Positions 17,388 through 34,417 of a stretch of DNA of 64,000 bases are shown piece after piece. The position numbers and the translations under genes were made by a program. Origin of the DNA: the human T2T-CHM13v2.0 reference genome, Homo sapiens. The stretch lies in assembly GCF_009914755.1 (NCBI RefSeq), contig NC_060931.1; one strand, given 5' to 3'. The notes beneath the pieces were generated by a model. It made no database searches and was not told where the DNA came from. It was given only the letters and a program-made list of their open reading frames with translations. The number at the start of each line of letters is the position of its first letter. Within the stretch, counting starts at the first letter, position 1.

Positions 17388-18093
17388 AAATTCTTAATCT
17401 GTTTAATAGGGTGCAGCAATAACAAGCACACCCAAAATTTGTTTTATTGAAGTTGCTAGTGGTTTTGAGGTTAAAAATAATAACACATTTTCGTATGTAT
17501 TTTTTGGAAGAGCTGCTCATCCTGAGGAAAAGGTTGAGCTTTGTTTTATTTAGCACAAATACCTACAAGTGTGCCGCTGAGCCAGGCGCACGGATATAGA
17601 AAATAAGACCTTCCTGGTTATTACCCAGAGGAGCTCAACCCCAGCGGAGGCCCACAGATGCATTTCGGTGGCAGGTGAGGTGGATGCAGTGCTCCCCAAG
17701 GAGGCGCGTCCAGCCCAGCCCCAGCTCTCGCGAGCTTCCTGGAGGAGATGACGCGTTAGAGTCCACAGCCAGAAACCCAGGGCCTGGGGACTTGTTCTGA
17801 AGTGTGCCTCCTAATAAAAACATTAAGCCATGCCACAGTAAGCTAGTGGATTACATCATGTATGTCCAATGGCCAAAGTTTTTCCTAAAATGATCCTAAG
17901 ATTAATACCACGTGGTATTGTATATTAATGAAAATCGGCAGGTATGCTGTGCTCTTGAAGAGCTGTTAAGTTTTATCATTTTTAGATTGCTTTAGCAGCA
18001 ATGTTGTTTTGCTCTAGTTTTAGATTTAGAGATGAACTAACTGGAAAATTGTTCAAAGTGAAAGGGCTCAAGGTGCAATCAAAATTAGAATAC

Positions 18094-18392
<299 letters not shown>

Positions 18393-18576
18393 ATTAGAAT
18401 ACCGGTTTCCCACCCCCTCCATATGTGACTCTTTCCTAAGAAGAAATTGTATGCATTTGATGTAGTTCATAGTAGTTCATAACGGGCACATCTGTGTTTT
18501 TCCCTCTTAATCTATAAGCTGTTGTGCATTTATTCAAGGCTTAAAAAAGAACACCACTGACCAAATGACAGCATTA

Positions 18577-18920
18577 TGTATTAGGGCTGCCATAACGCAA
18601 TATCACAGACAGGTGGCTTAAACAACAGAAATTATTTTTTTCGTAATTTTGGAGGCTGGAAGTCTAAGATCAAATTGTCAGCAGGGTTGGTTTCTCCTGA
18701 GGCGGGTCTCCTTGCAGACGGCCCCCTTGTATTGTGACCTTGATTTCTGTGCTCGTGAATCCTTGCTGTCTTCTTGTAAGGATACCAATTGTATTGGATT
18801 AGGGCCCTTATGACCTCATTTAACTTTAATTACCTCCTTAAAGGCCCTGTCTCCAAATAGAGTCACACTGGAGGTGAGGGCTTCAACATATGAATTTTAG
18901 GGAACACAGTTTGATCGGTA
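18577..18920 (-). mobile_element. MaLR LTR (MLT1/MST-like)
   Basis: tgtattagggctgccataac...ggcttaaacaacagaaatt...cttcaacatatgaattt. Confidence 0.75.
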
Positions 18921-19149
18921 ATACATTAGAACTGTCTATGATAATTTGCAATGGCATGATACATATAAAAGAGACTGAATTAAAATGAGTGGATACATTA
19001 AACACTTAGACGTGAAGATAGGAAAATATAGTATATACAAGTTTTAGGAAAAAAAATTAAGGCAGAATGCACCATATTGAGGTATGGGGGAAAATAACAT
19101 AAACATTCAGAGGAGTAATTTGAATAACCTTCCACAAACTTAGAAGTCC

Positions 19150-19300
19150 AAGAAGCATTTGTCAGTTCCTAGAACAGTTGCTTAAGTATGTGTCATAATA
19201 GGTTGCCAAGGAAATTGTCATACATCATAGAGGGAGTGAAGTAGTTCCCAGTCATCTTTATCCCTTTAAGCATGGTTTATTTTCTGAGCAAGGAGTCATC
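19150..19300 (+). promoter_or_regulatory. Probable CpG-poor SSMEM1 proximal promoter / 5' UTR
   Basis: Immediately upstream of the ATG; X-box-like GTTGCCAAGGAAAT 19202-19215, MYB-like CAGTTG 19175-19180. Confidence 0.5.
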
Positions 19301-19483
19301 ATGGGAGACCTTTTTTCCTTATTTTGGGAGGTAGATCCTCCCCCAATACCTGTAAATTGTGCCATTCCAAATCAGGATTATGAATGCTGGAAGGATGACT
19401 CTTGTGGAACCATAGGGAGCTTCCTGCTTTGGTATTTTGTTATCGTATTTGTCCTGATGTTCTTCTCTAGGGCTTCTGTCTGG
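19301..19483 (+). CDS. SSMEM1: SSMEM1 exon 1 CDS (61 codons, includes the single transmembrane helix)
   Basis: ATG at 19301; MGDLFSLFWEVDPPP...IGSFLLWYFVIVFVLMFFSRASVW; donor TGG|gtagga. Confidence 0.93.
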
Positions 19484-20255
19484 GTAGGATATCTTTTTTT
19501 CATTTTAAATAATATGTTTACTGTACACTAGGAAAATTTCCATAAAATACATTTACTATACTTTGATGAAACTACTTTTAAAAGTTGTTTAGTTTTAAAA
19601 ATAATGCAATCTTATTCTGGAGAATCCAGGAATATGGAAAAGGATGAAGAGGAAAATATAAAGCTACAGTTATCCTCTTTCCCAGAGATAACCACTGTTA
19701 ACATTTTGGAGTATGTTCTTCCAGTTTGGTTTTTTTCTCTGCCTTTCCCAATATATCTCTCTCCATTTCTCTATCTTTGATCTTACATGGTTGGCATTAT
19801 ATTGCATATATTTTCATATCCTGCTTTTTAAGCTTAATAATATATCAGAAATACTTCTTTAAATTATATTCACTCAGCAGCACTTTTAATGACTGCATAA
19901 TTTTCTATATTTTGATTGCACCAAAAAATTGTGCAAGTTTGAAACATTCAGATTGTTTACAGTTTATCCATCTGCTATGTAATGCTGGCATAAACCTCCC
20001 TGCTGGTTAATGACTTCCAAATCCCTTTTCTAGCCATGTGATTCTAATCAAAGATACGAAAGTTGTCATATTGATAGGATACATGCTGTAGGATTTTGGG
20101 GTTTTTAGAATGAAGCAATACGCTTTCTGCACAGAATAAGCAGAACTAGACTAAACAGAACTAAAGTCACCACTAAAATGCCATCGTCTTAAGAATGAGA
20201 TATCCCACTTTATCAGGACTGTGATGCTTCCAACATATTATGAGTAACCAAGCTC

Positions 20256-20552
20256 TTTTTTTTTTTTCTTGAGATGGAGTCTTGCTCTGTCACCCAGGCT
20301 GGAGTGAAGTGGTGCAATCTTGGCTCACTACAACCTCCGCCTCCCGGATTCAAGTGACTCTCCTGCCTCAGCCTCCCTTGTAGCTGGGACCACAGGCGCA
20401 AGCCACCACGCTCTGCTAACTTCTGTATTTTTAGTACAGATGGGGTTTCACCATGTTGGCCAGGCTGGTCTCAAACTCCTGACCTCAAGTAGTCTGCCCG
20501 CTTTGGCCTCCCAAAGTGCTGGGATTACAGGCATGAGCCACCGCGCCCAGCC
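20256..20552 (-). mobile_element. Alu (AluS)
   Basis: TSD gtaaccaagctctt. Confidence 0.93.
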
Positions 20553-20966
20553 GTAACCAAGCTCTTATAATTTGCTGACATGATATCCTTGCTGGCCATT
20601 AATACCAGGCTGATGATTAAGAAAACCACCATCATTTAGCATTATAGCCATAGGCCTGGGCTGGCAGTGGTAAGACTTAATGCTCTATGAGCTCGGATGG
20701 GGTGGAGAAGGTTTGTTATGTCCATGCCAGCTGGATTCCATTCTAATCAAAGACTCTTTGATAACCACCACCTCCTGGTGAAGAACTTTCATCTAAAGTC
20801 TAAATGCTTCTTAAGGTAAATACTTTGCCAAAAGGAGATTTAGAATAATGATAGCTTATATGTGTCTTAGACTCCCTAGCTAAGTATATTGAATTTGGCC
20901 TGGCAAGCAAAGCTACTTTAGAAAATTACCAAAAAAATTTCATCATGAATTAAGAGGTCTAAGCTA

Positions 20967-21268
<302 letters not shown>

Positions 21269-22550
21269 AGTCTAAGCTATTTTTTCTGCTCCCTTGCTTG
21301 CATCAGCTCTTGGGAGTCATACAGCCTTGAGCTTCCAGGACCTCAAGAGAGCATGTGGTCCAGCCTTCTGTTTGTAGGCAAGTAAGTTATCATTATCCCT
21401 CCCCCACTCATTTTTTTATTGATAAGCCCCAAGTAAATTAAGTGACTTGTCCAATGTCACAAAAGTGTTAGTGACAGAAGGGGAATATACCCAGATTTCC
21501 TGTCAAATTATTTGTTTGCTTCAAAGCATAGTTTGAAATGTCCACTTAGATCTACTCAGTCCTGATTAAAACCTTAATTATTTTAGAGGTTTCGTTTTTC
21601 ACTTTGTACCCTTGTGGCAGCTACAATCAGCTAGACTGCTTCTTCTGAAGGGTCCCAGATTTGAAATCTGAGAACAATATGAGAGCTAGTAAAGGAGGAT
21701 GGAATTTTTCCTTCACTTTGAACTTCTTCATTTTCTCTGCTAAACTATGAGGCTTTATTTACAAACCTTGAAGTAATGGTAAAAGCACGATGGAAATGTG
21801 GTGGTAATTATCCTCCAACATGAAGCACGCTGATTTCCTCTGAATTTGCCACTTTTTAAAGTGGCATTTACCCTTTTGCTTTCAGACTATAAATACTATA
21901 TTTAGTTTATATTTTTATTTTGTGTTTATTCAGATTGCTAGTGCTGGTATTTTTCTGGACAATGGTAATCCAAACGCCTTATTTTGCTTATGTGGAAACT
22001 GAGCTTAAGAGGTGTTAAGTGGCTTGGAAAAATCAAGAGTTGTTAGTGGCAGAAAGAGAGCCAGGGGCCACATTTTCTACTCTGCCCCTCAGGGCAGGCA
22101 CTCCTGCTGTTTTCACTCACTGAGTCACAAAGACAGTTAATAAAATGCTTTTCGTAACCACAGTTCATATGATCCCACTTAGTTTAATGCAAAATCTTTC
22201 TTTTGATTTTGTGGCTATGTTTTGATTTGACATCAAATGTGAGAGCTTTCTGTGGAAATGATATAAGCCTAATAAGTGTTTTTAAATACCTTCTCCTGTC
22301 TATTACAAAAGTACACATTATATAGAAAATGTGGAAATTATAGGGCAGAAGACAAAATAAAATAAAAATCACTCCAGATTATGTAGAAATAACCAACTAC
22401 TGTTAACTTTTAGGTTTATAAACTTCCAATTATTTTGATTTTCTTTACATATATTAAATTTATTTTTTTCCTTTTCTATAACCTAAGTGATACATATTAA
22501 ATTTAAAATATTTAAGCCTCTTCCAAAAGCATTTTTTATAAAGTGGTATC

Positions 22551-22848
22551 TTTTTTTTTTTTTTTTTGAGACAGAGTCTCGCTGTCACCCAAGCTGGAGT
22601 GCAGTGGTGCAATCTCTGCTCACTGCAAGCTCCGCCTCTCAGGTTCACACCATTCTCCTGCCTCAGCCTCCTGAGTAGCTGGGACTACAGGCACCCACCA
22701 CCACACCCGGCTAATTTTTTTTGTATTTTAAGTAGAGACAGGGTTTCACCGTGTTAGCCAGGATGGTCTCGATCTCCTGACCTTGTGATCTGCCCGCCTC
22801 AGCCTCCCAAAGTGCTGGGATTACAGGCATGAGCCACCGTGTCTGGCC
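22551..22848 (-). mobile_element. Alu (AluY-like)
   Basis: TSD aaagtggtatctt. Confidence 0.93.
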
Positions 22849-23833
22849 AGAAAGTGGTATCTTAAAAGTGAACTCCGCTTTCAAGATTTTTGGAGAATGA
22901 TTGCTGTAACCCAGAAAACAAAAAGGCACCTCATTAAAGATGCTTGCCTACCATTGCAGAGATCAGATATTAAGAATGAGCTGAGGATCTTAGATTGCAG
23001 TTATAAATACCGAACTATGGCACTTTTCATCCCAAAGAAACTGGACTTCCACATAAACTCATTTTTTTCCTAATTGTAGACAATTTGAAAAAATTAGAAG
23101 AGAAAAAGTCCATTTCACCACTTAAAGCCAACCATAGCTATCACTTTTATATGCTCCTTAAAGTCTTTTTTTTCATATTTTAAGCTAATTTGTCGCTCAA
23201 GCTGTATATACAAATTTGCATCTTGATGTTTAACCCAGTATGGTAGCACACTTATTTCCTCATGTTATGACATACTTTTATTATAATAATTTTACAACTG
23301 TTTATTATATAATTGTACCATAATTTACTTAAACCATTGTCTACTTTTGAATTTTCTATTATCCTAATTATACTGTGATGAATGTTTCTGTGGACAAAGC
23401 TTTCTTTCTTCTGAGGGTTATTTCTTGCTGATAGATTCCTGGAGAGAGAATTATATGTCAAAGGTGTTAATGAAAATTTCTAGTTTTTGTTATTTTCTGA
23501 AAGAGTTGGTTTATATCTGTGTCTTTTGGCAAAATCACTTTCAGCATTAGAAAGTGGGACACTAATCTGAAAAATGGGACAAATATATTTATGGAGTATT
23601 GGGGGGCAGAATATTTGAAATTGAAACTATTCAAAGAAATCCATTTCTTTTGGTTGCTGTATTCACAAATAATATATCATGATTACATTTTGGAGGAAAC
23701 TTTCGGAGGGATTAAGGAGATATTAAGTTCATGAATTCGGTAAAGATCTTTGTGTATGGTAGATGTCTTCTGTCTTAAAGAACTATCAGTAATGTACCCT
23801 GATCAAGTGTCCTTTAAGAACTAAACTAATCTG

Positions 23834-24162
23834 GGCCAGGCGCGGTGGCTTACACCCGTAATCCCAGCACTTTGGGAGGCTGAGGCAGGTGGATCACCTG
23901 AGATCAGGAGTTCGAGACCAGCCTTTTCAACATGGAGAAACCCTGTCTCTACTAAAAATACAAAATTAGCCGGGCGTGGTGGTGCATGTCGGTAATCCCA
24001 GCTACTCGGGAGGCTGAGACGGGAGAATCACTTGAACCTGGGAGGCGGAGATTTCAGTGAGCTGAGATCGCACCATTGTACTCTAGCCTGGGCATACAGA
24101 GCAAGACTCCGTCTCAAAAAAAAAACAAAAACAAAAACAAAAAAACAAAACAAAAAAACAAC
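23834..24162 (+). mobile_element. Alu (AluSp/Sq-like)
   Basis: TSD aactaaactaatctg. Confidence 0.93.
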
Positions 24163-24445
24163 AACTAAACTAATCTGAGTACTATCAAATTTTTTAAAAA
24201 CACTACTTCTCTGTAATGTAAATGGGTACAGGAAAGCTTTATAAGCTATAGCTCCTTGTCAGTGTTATTTTCTCTCAAGTCTGTTCCATTTTGTTTGGTC
24301 CAAAACATTTTGGTAGATGCTGCTATCAAAGCATAGTCTTAATGGGAAGTGGAAGTAGGATCACTATAACAGGAACTCAATACATACTGAATTAGCTTAT
24401 TATTTAACTCAGTAAGTACTTGTTTAAACTGAATGTTTAAAATTA

Positions 24446-24775
<330 letters not shown>

Positions 24776-24869
24776 TTATAAATGGGCCTCAGCAATAGTG
24801 TTTTATAACAAGTACATATTATCAAAAAACAACTGAGATCACTCTTACTAACCTATGTTTCTGAAACAG

Positions 24870-24924
24870 ATGTCTGAGGATAAAAAGGATGAAGGCAGTG
24901 GGACAAGTACTTCAGTAAGGAAAG
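24870..24924 (+). CDS. SSMEM1: SSMEM1 exon 2 (55 nt; MSEDKKDEGSGTSTSVRK)
   Basis: Branch TACTAAC 24846-24852, acceptor aaacag|ATG, donor AAG|gtgaga; phases join exons 1 and 3 in frame. Confidence 0.9.
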
Positions 24925-24969
24925 GTGAGAACCAGTGCATATTTGGTGTTGGACTATGAGGGGAAGAAT

Positions 24970-25083
24970 ATGTGTGGTGTTGCATGCCTGTAGTCCCAGC
25001 TACTCAGAAGGCTGAGGCAGGAGGATTGCTTGAGCTAAGCAGTTCAAGACCACAGCTTGAGAACATAGTGAGACCCAGTAACA

Positions 25084-25121
<38 letters not shown>

Positions 25122-25160
25122 GAAAAAAAGAAAAACAAAATAAAGACAAAGAAAGAAATT
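24970..25160 (+). mobile_element. Alu monomer (FLAM/FRAM-like) with long A-rich tail
   Basis: cctgtagtcccagctactc followed by a ~75-nt A/GA-rich tail. Confidence 0.8.
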
Positions 25161-25549
25161 TGTGCTGAGTGTGGAAAGCAAAAAACAGAGATGAACAGCC
25201 AACAGCATTGTAAGACTTTGCACACTAGAGGAGGCCCATTGGGGTTGGGTGAGTTTTTGCTTTGGACTCCCTAGTGCAGAGGGACAGTTTAGCTGCTTAG
25301 CAAGAAGCTATGAATTACTGGGAGGTGGAGCTCAAGTTCTTTTTTCACTCCTTAGCTCTCTCCCTTCACATTGCTTGCCCTTCCCACATCCTCATGGTTA
25401 GTGCTATTACAGGATTATGAACTGTCTATGACATCTTTTTCAATAACCTATAAGCAGTGGTGCACTGGTAAATGTTTAACAACTGGTTCTCCAAAACTCC
25501 TGTGTGTACATATGCTTACTAAAAATTTTACTGATATAAAGGTTGCACG

Positions 25550-25845
25550 TCATCTCAGCACCTCCAGAGGCTGAAGCAGGAGAACTGCTTGAGGCCAGGA
25601 GTTCAAGATCAGCCTGGAGAACATAGCAAAACCCTGTCTTTTTAAAAAAGAAAATTAGCTGGCATGGTTGTTCGCACCTGCGGTCTCAGCTACTCAGGAG
25701 GCTGAGGCAACAGAATCACTTGAGCCCAGGAGTTCGAGGCTGCCAGTGAGCCATAATCATGCCACTACACTCCAGCCTGGGCGGCACAGTGAGTCCCTGA
25801 CTCTAAAAATTTAATAAATAAATAAATAAAAATAAATAAATATAT
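25550..25845 (+). mobile_element. Alu (AluJ-like, 5' truncated)
   Basis: Diverged dimer with (taaa)n tail. Confidence 0.85.
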
Positions 25846-26411
25846 ATCACACCATTTAAAATAATAAAATATACAATACTCCTTATGGCCAATTTCATAT
25901 AGACAACTGATTCTCACAAAACGCTCTCCTTCATTTTTGCCAGACCCTTGCACCTTAGCCAACCATGGCTGCAATTGATGAACAAGTATAGTTCCAGCGT
26001 GAATGTTATTTTCCTCTAAGTTAAGGAGTGAGATGAAAATGAAGCAGAAGATAGATGTATGTTGGAACTTAACTTGGTTGTCAGTGATGTGAGTGACTTC
26101 TTTGCTGGAATGGATAATAGTTCTAAAATACTGGAAGAATATTTCCTCATTTTGCAGGGTTAGTCACAATGTAGTGGCTACAGGGATGATACTGAAATGT
26201 AATATGTAATCTGCATTAGTAACATGTTCTCCATCATTTTCTTAAGCCTAGACAATCAACAAAGCCATACATCAAGCCCTGATGTTTAGTGTCTGCTGAT
26301 TTTTGTGGTATAAATACTTCCACCAAAGCTGATTTTAAGCTATCCACCTCATGTCATTGAACATGGAGTTGGGAGGAGATGTGCAGTAGTGCACCCTTAA
26401 CATAGAATTTC

Positions 26412-26804
<393 letters not shown>

Positions 26805-27364
26805 TTAGGAAGTGATGGGTTTTGAGTATTACCTCTATTTTTAGTAACTTAATTTATTGTAAGTTGGTATAATTTAATTTTTAATAATGGCTATGTTTAA
26901 CCATCTCTCAAAATTCCTGAAAGTTTATCAGCTCTTCTGAGCAGGTACAAGCCAACTTCCTCACACCACTACGTAAAGGAAAGATCCTTCTTAGTTCCTG
27001 CTCCCCAAATCACATTCATATACCTGCTTGAATCTGTAAGACTTCAATTTTCAAAGGGAAAAAAGAGTTCTTCCCTGGAAAAGTTTAGAGATCTTTTCCT
27101 TTGACCTTATGTTTAGCATCCACAAAACTTCAAAAGTGATATGGTGATATGTCAAGCATCTATCTAAGCTCTCTGGTCTGCAGGAGTTGGGATATGGTAC
27201 TAGAAAATGCAGTCAGCTGCCAACACTTGCAGGTGACTGGAGAAAAGCAATGGCTTGACAACTGGCCACTAAGAGTGAGCTCACACGTGCACAGGCTTCT
27301 TAAGTAATAGGAATTCATAGTAACCAACAATATTACTAACTTGATATGTTTCATTGGTTGTTAG

Positions 27365-27861
27365 CAAGCAAAGAGACTTCCTGTAAGCGGCAAAGCAAAG
27401 ACAGTGCCTGGGATCCCTCACAAACAATGAAGAAACCAAAGCAGAACCAACTTACCCCTGTAACCAACTCAGAAGTGGCTTTGGTCAATGCCTATCCTGA
27501 ACAAAGACGAGCCAGGCGCCAGTCTCAGTTCAATGAGGTGAACCAGAACCAACATGACAGTGATACTACGGAGTATGGCAGTGAAGAGTCTAACTCAGAA
27601 GCCTCCTCGTGGAAGGAGAGTGAAAGTGAACACCACCCATCACCAGACAGTATTAAGAGGAGAAAAATGGCTCAGAGGCAAAGGAATCTGGGAAGTTACC
27701 AAATGAGCGAAAGGCACTGCCTCCACTGCAAAGCCTTGAGAACCAACGAATGGTTGGCGCACCATTCCCGACAGAAGCCTTCAGTAACACCGCCAATGAA
27801 AAGAGACAGTCAAGAGGAAAGTTCCATATCTGACATTAACAAGAAATTTAGTAAATTTTGA
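27365..27861 (+). CDS. SSMEM1: SSMEM1 exon 3 CDS (497 nt, Ser-rich tail to TGA); total 735 nt = 244 aa
   Basis: Branch TACTAAC 27334-27340, acceptor ttgttag|CA; lies in ORF 27346..27861. Confidence 0.95.
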
Positions 27862-27906
27862 ATTTTATCACGTTCTTCCTTCACTTGAAGCCAAATGAAA
27901 GAGATG

Positions 27907-27912
27907 AATAAA
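27907..27912 (+). terminator. Candidate proximal poly(A) signal AATAAA in SSMEM1 3' UTR
   Basis: AATAAA 46 nt after the stop codon; a variant AATAAG at 28191 with U/GU-rich context may mark a distal end. Confidence 0.45.
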
Positions 27913-28121
27913 ACATGAAAAATCACCAGAGCTATAGGTGAGGAGACTTTTACAACAAAGTCTCTCTACCAACAAACAAAAACATACTTGGAACCCAAGA
28001 GGTAAAATCTCACACAATTCTTCGTTCAAAAAAAAAAAGGCCATCACGTGTTTATGGCACCATTGGAACACCAAAGATCTATATCTGCTATGATTTTTTT
28101 ATTTGAAATAGCACAAGACAG

Positions 28122-28174
28122 ATATTTTGTGCCTTGAGTGTATATATTTTGTGCCTTGAGTGTATGTATTTTGT
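28122..28174 (+). repeat. 22-bp tandem duplication (ATATTTTGTGCCTTGAGTGTAT x2 plus partial)
   Basis: Exact copies at 28122-28143 and 28144-28165. Confidence 0.9.
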
Positions 28175-28499
28175 TTATGTCTGTAATATGAATAAGAAAG
28201 CTCTTTGAAAATGTATTATTTATGTTGAGAAACCACTTAAATGTATTCAGATGTTTTGCTTATCTGACTGACTGAATGAACTAGGTGAAGTTGGTTGGAA
28301 TAGAATTGCCCCATCCTCTCTAGGTTTGACCCTACAAGAACTGTATTGCCACACATGTCAGCTAGGGGCTGGTGTGGAAGAGGAGCTCAAGAGGCTGGAA
28401 TAAGATCTGATTCCTGGAGTAGGGAGGAGAGGCAGCATGACCCAGAAGGCAGTTGGCAGTGGGCTACCCACGGTTGTCATCCACAAAGTGCATGGCAAA

Positions 28500-29253
<754 letters not shown>

Positions 29254-29530
29254 CAAGTTAGGCACAATCCAGGCATAGTTGGGGCTAGGTTTTCTAGTTA
29301 AGTGGGGCCCCCAGGTGTGGGGAATGTAAGCAGGCCGAAGTAAATGGGTGGTCAATCTGGAGATCATCTTACCAGAATAGAAATGGGAAATAGCATGGAT
29401 AGCAGGACCCCAGCTGTGATAGAAAACAAGGCGCAGATCCCAGAGGAGAGGGCTGGCAAGGACAAGATGAAGCAGCAGGGACCCTTATCATGCAGCTACA
29501 GTTCAAAGCAGGGCCTAAGTCTTGAGGAAA

Positions 29531-29662
29531 GCTGGGTGCAGTGGCTCATGCCTGTAATCCCAGCACCTTGCGAGGCTGGCAGGAGGATCACTTGAGCCCA
29601 GGAATTCGAAACCAGCCTGGGCAAAATGGTGAGACCTTGTCTCTATTGAAAAAAAAAAAAAA
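29531..29662 (+). mobile_element. Alu left monomer (FLAM-like)
   Basis: Monomer with A-tail. Confidence 0.8.
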
Positions 29663-29967
29663 GGTCTTGGGTAAGGACTTGGGTACTATGTATGGTTAAG
29701 ACTACAGGCTAATACTAAGGACTGAGCCTTTCATGGAGACAGGTAGGGGATGGGGACAGAGACCAGAGAGCTGTGACTTTGGGCCCATGAGTCATTCCTG
29801 ATAAGAGCAGATTCCTCAACTGAATACAACAAAGATCCTTGGGAGGCAATGAGGGAGTCCCAACCACTGGGACTAGGCCACTAGAATCCACGAAACAGGG
29901 TAACATTTCTCAGCCTATTTGTGGAGGCTTTGTCTTATTCAGATTGCCTCAGGATTAGAACAGGTCT

Positions 29968-31506
<1,539 letters not shown>

Positions 31507-31668
31507 GCAGAACAACTTCAAGATTCAGTAGTTCAAGCATCGACCTTTTCCACAAAAACTTTCCTTGCTCCTTGACACCCTCCTCCACTTTGTTCTCTCA
31601 GGCAGAACTCACTTTGCCCTCCCTCATCCTCCAGTGTGCCCTGAAAAGTTCTTTCTCAGCGCCTTTAT

Positions 31669-31958
<290 letters not shown>

Positions 31959-32952
31959 ATCTTTAACATTTTGATGAATGCATTTGTTTGCAAGTCTCTG
32001 TCCCCAACATATGCTTATCCACCCTTTAAGGTAGAGTCCATGATTTGTTATCTTTGTATCTCTGTAGCCTAGCACAGTGCCAGACAACATGACAGATAAA
32101 CAATGCAGTTGAATCAATATATTATACAAAGAGATTCCTGAATGTAAAGTGGTGGTTAGGGGAGCTGGGGAATCAGAGGTAGAGGAACCAGGGCAGGGGC
32201 CAGTATCCACAATTCAGTGAATAATTCTATTTCCAGCTTGATATGATCAAGGTGCTTAAATTATCCTAAGTAGTACCCTCCCTCCAAACAGCAGCAACAA
32301 AAGAACCAAGTTTAAAATATAGCAGTAAGTTGCAGAGGAAGGATTTAGACCCAAGTCATCTTGCTTCAGAGTTTGGGCTCTTAATTGCTATGACCTTAAT
32401 CATTATCTGAAGATAGAAGGTATGATTCCAAGGTAAGTTAATCACCACTTCCCCCACAGTCATAAATGATGTCTAAGCAGATACAACCTCACCAGGATCT
32501 ATTGGAAGATATGGACAATGGCGATTTTCCAAATAACAGAGTAAGGGCCCATGCACCCAAATGTTTTGCTTGTAGATAGAATAGAAACCAATGACACTAT
32601 TACCCAAAGAGTCACTTTTCCTAGTCTTATTCATAGGACTGGAAGAGTTGGGGGGCTGAAGATGGCTGTCTTTAGGAAAAGGGAATCAGGATTGAGTTAA
32701 GTATGGGGGTATTATAAATCCTATAGTATGGGGTTAGCCAGGATAATCTGTGAGTACGTGAAACCAAAAACAGGCTAAACATAGTTGGGAGGATTATCCA
32801 AAGCCAAGGAGAGAATTGCACCAAATCAAATGGACAAGGCAGAAACATGATAGGATGAGAAGCAAAAGCATAGCCAGGTGCTTTGGGACTGGATCAGTGA
32901 ACAAGGTGCACAACTGGTCAGGTGGGAGCTGGCTCATGAAACTAGAGCTGCT

Positions 32953-33256
<304 letters not shown>

Positions 33257-33540
33257 GAAACTAGGGCTGCTAATACTAGTCACAGCTGTTGCTGCTTTTG
33301 TGCAGTCTGGTGTGGGTTCTTAGGGTGGGGTCCCTGGGTTGCATAACAGTCCCCTCTTCAGTCATTCCTTGCTGGTTGGGATAAAGTAGGCCTTCTCTGG
33401 CTTTCATGGTCAAAGCCTGTAACCTGTTTGGGTGGTTTGCTTGAGGGAGGCATAAGATTCTCAGACTGGCCTCCTCTCTGTGGCCCATCCATGCAGCTGA
33501 GCATCAGAATGACCTCTGTGGCGATGTCCAGCTACGTTAA

Positions 33541-33848
<308 letters not shown>

Positions 33849-34045
33849 AGGTATCACAATCCTTATCAGGAACTGGGATGCAGGGAACTATGGGAGGTAG
33901 AGAAAGGTCACAGTCCAAACCAGTATCTGCCCTCCAGGATGGGGTGGTGTGGCTTTGGTGGGAGGAGAGATGAGCCAGTAGGTTAAATCTTACCAATAAC
34001 AGCAGCAACAATAATAGCAATATTGGAAACGAGTAACATTTAGAG

Positions 34046-34417
34046 CAGGGGTACCCAACACCTAGACCATGGTGCGGTACTAGTCCGTGGCCTGTTAGGA
34101 ACTGGGCTGCACAACAGGAGGTGAGCAGCAGGCAAGCCAGCATTACTGCTTGAGCTCTGCCTCCACCTCCTGTCAGATCAGCAACGGCATTAGGTTCTCA
34201 TAGGAGCGCGAACCCTATTGTGGACTGCACGTGCGAGGGATCTCAGTTGCATGCTCCTTATGAGAATCTAATCCCTGATGATATGAGGTGAATCTAATGC
34301 CTGATGATCTGGGGTTTCATCCCCAAACCACCCGCCCAGCCCCCCACCCCTCCAATCCATGGAAAAATTGTCTTCCATAAAACCTGTCCCTGGTGCCAAA
34401 AAGGTTGGGGACTGCTG
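34046..34417 (+). mobile_element. MER1B-like hAT-Charlie DNA transposon
   Basis: caggggtacccaac...aaggttggggactgctg, with perfect 8-bp TSD atttagag (34038-34045 and 34418-34425). Confidence 0.88.

Noticed and set aside
27346-27364. MFHWLL start of the 171-aa ORF
   Set aside because: It lies between the branch point and the acceptor, so it is intronic; the real frame enters from exon 2.
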